Assembly (NCBI RefSeq): GCF_000315625.1 | Contig: NW_005434656.1 | Span: 231,741-295,740 of the forward strand | Source of the DNA: Guillardia theta CCMP2712 | Lineage: Eukaryota; Protista; Cryptophyta | Length of the DNA stretch: 64,000 bases | Direction of reading: 5' to 3' | Shown: in pieces, positions 1 to 10,106 of the stretch | How positions within the stretch are numbered: the first letter of the stretch is position 1 | Layout: the number at the start of each line of letters is the position of its first letter | Made by a program: the position numbers and the translations under genes | Notes under the pieces: model-generated | What the model was told of the DNA's origin: nothing | Seen by the model: the letters and a program-made list of their open reading frames with translations, nothing else | Database searches by the model: none

Positions 1-19
1 CTTCAAACAGCCATGTTTG

Positions 20-505
20 ACCAGTACCCTACCCTTCAATTCGGCTGCTGTATTCCGATCGTACCCCTTCTTCTTTTACCCTACCCCTTCAGATGATATC
101 CTTACTACCCCGTGGTCCTAGATGGAAAGCAACGTATTCACCCCTATGACCCGCATATCAACCTCTACCCCACCCCTACCGTCGTCGTTTACCACCTCGC
201 CTACCGACCCAGGTACCCACTACCCCCTTCGGATATCACCCACCCTACCTACTGAGAAAGTCAATCGGGACAAGTTACCCCACCCTTCACTCCAAAATTG
301 TACCCTTACCCCTGAATGAAATTATTAACCCCTCTTTTTCATAGTAAAGTCATCGAATCCAGGGTACCTGAGCGTTGAATAGACCACCCTCCACCCCTGT
401 ATCTTATACCCCTACCCCCAAGATACAGCCCACCCCGAATAGGAGGTCAGGACGGGCATCAACGGCGTCGAATTACCGTTACAAGGCATCTGACCGTTAC
501 CCCCT
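20..505. promoter_or_regulatory. C(A/T)ACCCC motif cluster (reverse complement of GGGGT[A/G]G)
   Basis: Dense TACCCC/CACCCC/CTACC words in non-coding, non-microsatellite sequence; same vocabulary as the other intergenic clusters. Confidence 0.35.
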
Positions 506-1360
506 AAAGATTCGTGATGTGCGGACGCAGCGCTATGAGATGAGATGAGGTCAGTGAGGAGGGAGGAAGAGGAGGAGGAGGGAGGGAGAGGAGGAGGGAG
601 GGAGAGGAGGAGGAGGGAGGGAGAGGAGGAGGAGGGAGAGGAGGAGGGAGGGAGAGGAGGAGGGAGGGAGAGGAGGAGGGAGGGAGAGGAGGAGGGAGGG
701 AGAGGAGGAGGGAGGGAGAGGAGGAGGGAGGAGAAATACCACAGGATGGCAGGAGACGAGGTGGATGGAGTCCGTGGGTGTTGGTGGAGGTAGGAGATAG
801 GAGAGGAAGGAAAAGAAGGGGAGAAGGAGGCGAAGAATTCCAGGAATGATTCCCCATCAGTTATATGGATGTTGATGTTGATGTCAGCCTGCCGACTTGA
901 TTGCGAAAGTGAGTGAACGAGGGTCAGGAAGTGATGAATTGTCACTGGAAGGGATCGGGGGGAGACTGGGCTGCAAAAGTGAGGGGAACGAAGTGAGAAG
1001 AGGGAGTCTGTAATTGTAAAAGATGTATTATCAACTGTATGATCAATCGTCACACTGACAAAGAAGTCTGGCAGCCTTGGGCTTCTGACTTGTTTCATCG
1101 TTGCGTTTGAGTACAAGCTTCCGAGAAACCTTCCGGTACATTTAAGATCATTGCGTCACTTGCAAGTGAAGTTTCCTTAGCGATGTCTTGCAAGCTCGTC
1201 GTTTGATCGCCCTTTCAAGTCGTTGAGCTCGAGCAGCTGCAAGGACGTGAAGTTTTCAGTTGGGCACAAGAAATTTCCGATGACGATGAAGATGAAGAGA
1301 GAAGAAGAGAAGTATTGTGTGCGGAGGGTGTTTTTTTGCTGGTGAAGGTAGTTTCTCAGT

Positions 1361-2844
1361 GCTGGCGATGATGCTTCGAGCTGTTGGGTTCCGCTCAACG
1401 CCAAGAGAGCAGAGCTACGACTGGATGCGACCTTGATCTGCGGGCAGAGCTTCCGGTGAGAACAGATGGAGCAGCCAGAGAAAACACAGCGAGAAAAAGA
1501 TGGAGGAGGAGCGTTGGGTTGGAGGGAGGAGAAGGGAGCAGCAGGGAGAAGCAGGGAGGAGCAGGGAGCGAAGAAGCGAAGGAGCGGAGGAGCGAGGAGG
1601 GGGAGAGAGAGCATGCATGTTTGCTCGCAAGAAGGTTTGGGAGTGGAACAGGTTGGTGTGAAAGGATCGAGAAGAAGCTGGGGGAGGGCAAACGGCATGC
1701 GTGACTGCTGGTGGTGGCAGTTGGAAACAGACAGGAGAGGACGAATGGACTTGCGTGATATCAGGTGATAGGGAGAAAGAGGGGAAAAGGGAGGGGGGGA
1801 GAGGAGGTGGGGGTGGGAGGGGGAGGGGGAGAGGGGAAGGGGAGGGAAGGGGGAGGCAGGGAGGGGCAGGGAGGAGGAAGGAGGGAGGAGGGAGGAGGGA
1901 GGAGGGAGGAGGGGGAAGGAGGGAGTGACCGTGGTGCTAACAAGGACATAGATGCTCTTGTATCACTGAAGCAAACAGAAGACGACGTGCTCGGTTTGTT
2001 GCTCCTGATACTCCAGAGGGAGACAGTGACAGGCTTTCTGTGCAGTAACAACGTACATGAAGCATGAAGCCGCTGCAAGCAAGTTGAAGGGGAGAGCGGG
2101 AGAGGAGGGGGGAGAGGAGACGGACGTCAAAAGGACTCGACCGAGCGAGAGCTTGATGACGAGCATGAGGGATTATTTCGGACTTTCGACACCGCTGGAA
2201 CCGCTTTACAACGAATGGGTGAGATGAAAAAGAAGATGATAGATATGTGTGAAACAATCCTTGCTCTGTTTGTACAAGAGAACGTACACTTCTCTTGTCC
2301 TTTCCATCCTTGCTATCTGTTTTGTTGTCCTTGTTTGCTCGCCTACTTTGCTCTGTCTGACTATCTTATCCTTATCCTTGTCCGCTCAGTCGAAAGCCGA
2401 TGCGCAATGGGGCCAGCTCGCAGTTGCCTTCCCAGGACTTCGGGTGAAAATCTTAACCTGTTGACATCATGTTGTCTTTTCTTGTATCGTTCTCTGTCAT
2501 CGCTGTTCAGCTTCGTGAGCCTTTTTTCCTTGATGTATGAAGTCCAGTTGATCTTCAATTCGTGCTACATCCTTAAAACTCCTGGTCTTGCCCTACCTCC
2601 TGCTCCTCCTCCTGCTCCTGCTCCTCCTGCTCCTGCTCCTGCTCCTGCTCCTCCTTCCCGAGTCATCGATGTTCGCTCTACATTTCTGCTTCCAGCAATC
2701 TTGCGCATTGCTCGTTCGAGGCTTCTTCTCCTCACCGGCTTTTTCTCGGCAGGTCCTTCGGCAAGATCCAGTGGAATGTCTTTTCTCGTTCATTTGCAGC
2801 TCCAACAACAACATTGCAAGAATTACATTGATGGTGATTTTTCA

Positions 2845-2886
<42 letters not shown>

Positions 2887-3254
2887 CTCCTCCTCCTCCT
2901 CGTCCAAATCTTCCTCGTCCTCCTCGTCCTCGTCCCCCCTTTCTCGTTCTTGTCCTTGTCCTCCTTGCAACCGACCTGACGCTTTCGATCGGCATAGATC
3001 GACAGGCTCTGCAGCAAGTACGGGAAAAGGCAAGTTCAATCATTGAGAGGAAGGAAGAGCAGAGTCTGCAAGTGAAGTGGGAAGTGGCAGAAGTTGAGAC
3101 GAGGAGAGACGAGACGACAACAGGAAGACACTTATTGAGATTATGCTGACTTTGGTTTCAAGATTCGGGAGGTACAAGAACATCGAATTCTTTTCCTTCC
3201 CAAAGGTTTTCTTGCTCCTGCTCTTGCTCCTGCTCCTGCTCCTGCTCCTGCTCT

Positions 3255-3327
<73 letters not shown>

Positions 3328-3658
3328 CCCTCCCTCCTCCCAGCATCCCTCCTCCTTGCCCCTCCTCCTCCTCCTCCTCCTCCTTCTCCTTCTCCTCCTC
3401 GTCGGCTGATTTTTCTCCCTTGTGCAGCTCGAGAATCTTGCAAAGGCATCGGAAGAAGAATTGCGAGCGCTGGGTCGGCAAGTTTTGTCGTGACATGTGA
3501 TGTAACATGTTGAAAGGTCTCGGATATCGCTCAAAGTATGTTCACCGCACTGCCTCCTTCCTCGTTGATGAGGTACGTGTTGTCGTTGTCGGAGATGATG
3601 ATGATGATGATGATGGTGATGGTGATGGTGATGGTGATGGTGATGGTGATGGTGATGG

Positions 3659-3744
<86 letters not shown>

Positions 3745-4013
3745 GTGCTGGTGATGGTGCTGGTGATGATGATGATGATGATGATGATGGATATCATGAT
3801 GATGCTCCACTTTATCCTCACCCTCCTCCTTGTCCTCCTTGTCCTCCTTGTCCTCCTTGTCCTCCATCTCATTCACGTTCTCCTTGCTATGTTTGTCTCC
3901 CTCATCGTGTCAGTCAGGGAGGAGAGCCATGGCTCTTCGATCTTCGTAACGTCGATCACAAGGAGGCGCAAGCAGCTCTCCAGCAACTCCACGGTAATGA
4001 GAATGAGGAAGAG

Positions 4014-4067
<54 letters not shown>

Positions 4068-5097
4068 GAAGAGGAAGAGGAAGAAGACGAAGAAAAGGAG
4101 GAAAAGGAGAAAGAGGAGGGGGAGGCAGGGGAAGGCAGGAGGAGGCGGGAGGAGCAGGAACAGCAAGAGCATTAGCAGCATTAGCATCAGGAGCAGGAGG
4201 CGGGAGGAGCAGGAGGAGGGGGAGCGGGAGCGGGAGGAGGTCTGCAAGATGAGTGTGTGAGCAGGGGTGGGTGCGAAGGTTGCAGACTGCGTGTGCTTGT
4301 TTTCGCTCGACAAACCTTGTGCGATCCCTGTGGACACCCACGTCTGGCAGATCACCGTGAGGTAGTACTGGAGGAGAGAGGGAGAGAGGGAGGAAGAGGG
4401 AGGGAGGCACGCGGAGGAGACGGACGGAGGAGACGGACGGAGGAGACGGACGGAGAGGGAGGAGAGGGAGGGAGAGAAGCGGGAGGGGAGGGAGGGAGGG
4501 AGGGAGGGAGGGAGGAGCTGAAGTTTCTGCTGGTAGGGAGTTGGATCCTTCCTTGGCGGAAACGAAGAGTTTGACTCCCAAGATCTATCAGGTTTCTTCT
4601 TGTTGTTCTCATTCACCTTTCTCCCTTCAGATCAGATTCTTCATCCGTCCCTCCTCTCCTCCTCCTTCCTCCCTCCTTCTACTCTTTCATCCTCCCCTCC
4701 TTCCCCTCGATCTCCGTGCTCCGTCCTTCCTTCCTCACTCTCGATTCCTGCTTCGCTGCTCTCCCGTCTTCTTCCTCACTCTCGCTCAGCGCGTTGGAGA
4801 TCTTTGGAGGAGCCGCTACGGAGAGCATGCGGGTTGGGCCCACACGATCCTGTTTGCTGCCGATCTATCCAAGTTCAAGACGAGAAAGTAGGAGGGAGGA
4901 GGGAGGAGGGAGGAGGGAGGAGGGAGGAGGGAGGAGGGGGAAGGGAGGAGGGAGGAGGGAGGAGGGAGGAGGGGGGAGGGGGGAGGGAGGAGGGAGGAGC
5001 TAATTTGAGCTGCAGGGAGGAAGCTCTGGGTGTAGAGAGCGACAAGCCCAAGTCTTCGAGGTCTCCAAAGAAGAAGCAGAAGGTGGAGGACCTGTGA
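1361..5097 (+). CDS. OGG1: 8-oxoguanine DNA glycosylase/AP lyase (multi-exon; start codon uncertain)
   Basis: Exons read by hand: [24 protein letters not shown] (~1386-1455), [27 protein letters not shown] (~2752-2832), GLGYRSKYV (~3516), Hh[34 protein letters not shown] (~4264-4360), [17 protein letters not shown] (~4817-4868); stop TGA 5095-5097. These match OGG1 family motifs. Confidence 0.93.
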
Positions 5098-5334
5098 TGA
5101 AGAAGCAGAGCGAGGAGAGAGGAGGAGAGAGGAGGAGAGAGGAGGAGAGAGGAGGAGTGGATCGAGGGGGAGAAGATATCGGAGAGGAGGAGGAGGAGGA
5201 GGAGGAGGAGGAGGAGGAGGAGGAGGAGGAGGAGAAAGACGAAGGAGTAATCACGGAGGAGAAATCTCAAATTCTTTTGACTGGGATCTCATAATAATTT
5301 TGCTTTCACTGTACATGTTAAAGTTCAAACCTTC

Positions 5335-8300
5335 ACACTGCCGGCTCCTCCAACTGAGTCAAAACCTCAAGGTCCCCCTCGTGCCCTCCCTCCTTCGCTC
5401 TCGCTTCCCCATCCCCTGTTCCTTCCTCCTCCTCCTTCCTCCTTCCTCCTCTCCTCTTCACTTCCCTGCGCTCTCCCTTTCTCCTTGCTCCCGTCCTTCA
5501 AGCATCTTTCTTCCTTTGCCTCTCCTCCCTCTGACTCTCTGCTCTTCTCTCTTCTCCTTCCTGTCTCATGCTCTCTCACCCTGTTCTGCCTTCTCCCTCC
5601 CCTGTCCTGTCCTGTCCTGTCCTGTCCTGTCCTGTCCTGTCCTGTCCTGTCCTGTCCTGTCCTTCCCTGCCTTCAATCGTGGTTCCTCATCGTTGGCGAC
5701 TGATGATGTCGAGCAGCTCCATGCGAGTGTCTCCTCCTCTCCTTTATCTCATCCACCGATGTCTGCAGCATGTCCACCTTCTCCTCCAGCTTGTGCACGA
5801 CCTGCAGCACCTGCCGTCCTCGGTCAGAACCCACCTGTACCCCAGCTGAGCTGCATCACCTGCGACAAGCTCGCCTGCATCTGGAGCAAGAGGCCCTCGT
5901 CTTATCAGGTGTCAGCGCAACAGCAAACGTGAAAAAACCTCATCGCTCACCTATCAATGCCACCGGGTTGCTGCAAACAAGATCAGCAATCTCCTCCTCC
6001 TCCTCCTCCTCTTCCTCCTCCTCCTCCTCCTCCTCATGATCATGCTCCACAACGCGATCTCTCTCTTCATCTCACCCGGCCTCGTTCCCCCCGACTTGTC
6101 CCTGCCGTGTTGGCAACTTGTGTCGGTCGATGGGAGAACCGTGCTGGGGGCTCGCAGGCCTCGGCGGGGAGGCGATGGCAGCAGACTGCCTGTGCTGCTC
6201 GGCAAGAGAAAGATTACTCTGATGGAACCTGCGCAGAGCTTCTATGTCGAGGTAGAAGGTGCGGTAGAGCCGATCCTTCTCCTCCTCGAAGCTCGCGAGC
6301 CCCTTGTTCGTCCTGCTGTACACCGAGCTCCTCCTCCTCCTCAGGTACGACATGCTGATCCTCCTCTCCTCGACACACCCGAAGGCCACGAAGCGCTTCC
6401 TCCTCCACCACAGCTGGATGATCCGGGCCGCCGACTCAAGGACGCGGCATCGGAGGTGGTTCAGGTCCATCTTGTTGAGCAGGAACTGCTCGTCCTCGCT
6501 CAGTTGCAGCGTCTGCGTTATGCTCGCCGTGATGAACGCGACGATGATCGGGCCCACGGACATGGCGGCGCATGAGGCGAACCTGCCGAAGTGAGTGACG
6601 GGGACGACGTCACCGTAACCAACCTGAGAGGATGAAGCAAGTCAGCGAAGGCTGCTCCGATCTCCACTTTCTCCTCCTGCTCCTCTCCTCGTCCTCCTTC
6701 TCAACGGGTCCCTCCTCCGGTTCTCCCCTCGTCGTCTCCTCCCCACGACCTTGAAGAACTTTAGTCTACTCTCGAGCCCTTACCCTTTTTCACGACCTTT
6801 TCTCACTTGTAACTCCTTGTACCCACCTCCTGTTTCCCTTACAGACCGTCCTACTTCCCTCCCCTCCCCTCCCCTTTCCTTCACTCCTTCCCCTCCCTCC
6901 TCCTTCCCCCCCCTCCTCCTTCCCCTCCCTCCTCCTTCCCCTCCCTTCCCTTCCTCTGTCCCCTCCCTTCTCTCCTCCTCTTCCTTCCACATCCTACCGT
7001 AGTAAGAGTCACGTACACGACCCACATCTGATCCCAGAGGTACGTGCTGTGCTCCTGGTACGCGGGGCCCTCGGCGATCCGGATGAAGTAGGTGATGGTG
7101 AGGATGACGCAGACGGTGAGGAAGGAGATGATAGAGATGGGATGGCGTTTGATCGCAACCTTCACCGCCAGCAGCCGGAATGAGAGGAGACTCTGTTGAA
7201 CCATCTTGATCGTCTGCTGATCCCTGAGCATGTACGATTCCTGCATGCTGCCGTTACAGGAATTCCGTGGGAGCGGGACGAGCAGGAGGAAAGAAAAGGA
7301 AAAGGGGGGCGACGAGGACCATGAGGACGACGAGGAGGAGGAAAGAAAAGGAGTGGAGGAGCATGACGAGGAGGATCAGCAGGATCAGAGGAGGAGGAGG
7401 AGGAGGAGGATCAGGAGGAGAAGCAGAAGCAAGAGGAGGAGGAGATCAGGAGGAGGAGATCAGGAGGAGGAGATCACCTCCAGGTTGAAGTAGCGGAATT
7501 GAACTTTCATATGGACCCATCGCCAGGCATGGTACAGCCTCAGCAGCATCAGAGCGCATAGGATAGACTCTAGCCTGTAGTAGACGGTCGTCCCGGACAT
7601 CTCGAGAGGACAGTCGTAGTTGAGGAAGGGCACGGTGTGGACGGCATTGATGAGGAGCTCGAGGTAGAGCCCCAGCCTCGACCCGATGCTGAGGCTGAAT
7701 GCCTTGGGCATTCCCTTCCCTCCCTCTGCCAGCTGTTTTCGATCCTTCATCAGCAGGGACTCCTTGGACGACTCCAGCTGGGTTGTCAACTTGTACTGCA
7801 CGATGACAAGGCCCATGATGACGGCTGTCATCAGACTCTGGACCAGCTTGAGGAAGTCGGCGATTGGTTTGTTGCACTTGCGGGGATTCTTGCTGAGGGA
7901 CTCCATGTACTTCTCCTCCTCTGCGGTCAGAGAACGGTCGATGTAGTCTCCTGAGACACAGAGCTCGTTGATCATCACTCCCAGGAAGAGAGAGAGGACG
8001 GCAAGGACCGCCAGCAGCGTCTGCCTGCTCTTCAGCATCGCCGTCAGCTCTCGGATCTGACGCTGCTCCTTCGTGTGAGTCATCATGAGAGTCGCAACAG
8101 CCTCCTGCGAGCTCTTCAAGTCAGAACCAACATGAGGCGTCAACGAGCAAGGGCGACCTCGACCACGTGCCTCGGCGGCTTCATCTTGCTCTGACGGATG
8201 CTTTCCCGTATTTTGCTCCTCATTCTCACTGAAGGTCGAATGCTCCCAGCGTCTGCAAGGAACGCTTCTCGCTTCAGCTGGAACTCATCCACCTCTCTGC

Positions 8301-8469
8301 TGGGGAAGACAAACTCTCCCTGCACCGAAGAGTTCTCGCTGGAGGAGTTCTCCTGCTGCGGTGCCCTCGGCATCTTTCTGCGCAGGCTGTATCGGTTGTC
8401 AAGCTTCGAAAACTTGGAGCGGTTGCGGGCCCAATCCTCCTCCTCCTCCTCCTCGTCGAGATGATTCAT
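5335..8469 (-). CDS. Small-conductance Ca2+-activated (SK/KCNN-like) potassium channel, multi-exon
   Basis: TM-rich exon 7480-8110 (LAVLSLFLGVMINEL; LYLELLINAVH; LMLLRLYHAWR). Pore YVTLTT|VGYGDVVP is split by an intron (~6625-6997). Then S6 and a calmodulin-binding-like LESAARIIQLWWRRKR. The 3' end is approximate. Confidence 0.85.
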
Positions 8470-9401
8470 GCTCAAATACTGTTCCCCTGGCTCTCCGTCC
8501 CGGAGATCGTGCCAGCAACTCTGCAGCTCATGATTACACAGGCATCAAAACTCTCAATCCTGTAGTCCTCCATTACATTCAATCCATCCACGTCAACTCA
8601 TCGAGTTCAACCTCCCCGCAGGCCATTCCTCCCTTCCTCGCCTCTCTACTCCCTTCCTCGCCTCTCTACTCCCTTCCTCGCCTTCACCTCTTCTCCCTCC
8701 CCTTCCTCTCTCCCTTCCTCGCCTCTCGATACTCCCTTCTTCTTCTCCTTCCCCTTCCCCTTCCCCTTCTTCCTTCTCCTTCTCCTTCTCCTTCGCCTTC
8801 CCCGTCCTAGAAGCTCCCACACCGCCTGCTCTAGTCATCCATTGTTCTTTCTCTGTTGGCTAGCTCTGTCAATTCCCCAAGAGGGCACCTCGGGGCATGG
8901 CAATAATTTCCTAGTTGCAGAATAGAAAAATACCGAGAGATGGCCCCTTTCTTCTGTGGGAGTCAAATCAAATGCGACAACTTGTGAAAGCAAAATGACT
9001 TTCAAATCGTCAAGACATCCAAATTGCGACTGTTGGCTACTCAACTTTATGCACCAAAACACTCAACGTGCTCCGCCGGCCCCCCGGGCCTTCCGGCCCG
9101 GACCCGGCGTCCGACTAGGCCTAGTACGTTCCGACCGATCACGATCCGATCAGTAGTACCGTCCGACGGGCCGTACCGCCGGGTCCGACCGGCCCGGCCC
9201 GCCGCCCGCACGACCGGGTTCACTGAGTCCACGCCCGGCCCGGGCCGCCGCCCGGGCCGGCCCACAGCCTGCCGGGCGGCTCAGCATGCAGTTTTGAGGC
9301 GGGCTCATTATGATCATGAAATATTTTGGAGGAGGGGTGGTCAGGAGCCGGTAGTATGGCTGGACAAGTTTTTTGCACCCCACCCTCAGCTGGTAGCCTC
9401 C

Positions 9402-9645
9402 AGAGACTAGGAGAGAGGGGTGATCAAATAATTGGGGGGTACATTGGGGGGTACATCCCCGATTCACTGGGGTCAATGTCACCGCTACCTTACTTCATGA
9501 CCCCTCCTCTCGACCTTGACCACCCCCCCATTTCACACTCACCTTACCGCCCCCTTGTCACTTGTTTTTTTTTTTTGGGCTCGAATTAGCGCCTCACGAC
9601 CGTTGGCGCCGAAAGGCGGGCGATTTTAAAATGCTCCTAGTGTCT
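9402..9645. mobile_element. Putative short non-autonomous element (MITE or Helitron/Helentron-like end)
   Basis: Imperfect 12-bp inverted repeat AGAGACTAGGAG (9402-9413) / CTCCTAGTGTCT (9634-9645). GC hairpin CGCC-GAAA-GGCG (9607-9618) lies ~18 nt before CTAG-T. T-run at 9565-9576. Confidence 0.4.
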
Positions 9646-10106
9646 AAGGGAAACAATAATTTTGTTCTAGTACTGCAGGACCATTATAAAATTCCAATGA
9701 CCAGTTATACATCGGAAGCGGTACTGGGACCTCCTTAAAAACTATTTTAAATACAAACATTTTAGCACTACCTGTCAGCAGCCACAGCGCTCCACACAGC
9801 AGGGTTCCCCCTTCCATGCTGGCGAGCAGGGCGCGGCAACGGCTCCTTCCCATCCCCCCTTGTGTCCACCTCTCAATGCTTCCCTTCCCCTGACGTCTCC
9901 TTCCGCGCTCTTTTCTCCCCCCCTGCAGTAACCCGCACTGTCACCCCTTATGACCGATTGGATGACACTCAATCGCACCACTCTTGCTTCCCACTCATCC
10001 TACTAGAAACCTCCCTTCTGCTCTCAACGGTCCCCCCCCTCTCTGTCGTCCATTCCTTCCGTAAGTCAATCTTCCATTGGCCTTCTCCGGTTCCTTGCAA
10101 CGAAGC

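Noticed and set aside
412-1116. 234-aa minus-strand ORF
   Set aside because: Half of it is translated GGA/GAG microsatellite and no family motif is recognisable. A short spliced gene here cannot be excluded but is unsupported.
3040-4260. Poly-His/Gln/Asp/Met ORFs
   Set aside because: These are translations of (GAT)n/(GCT)n/(GAGGAC)n tracts inside OGG1 introns.
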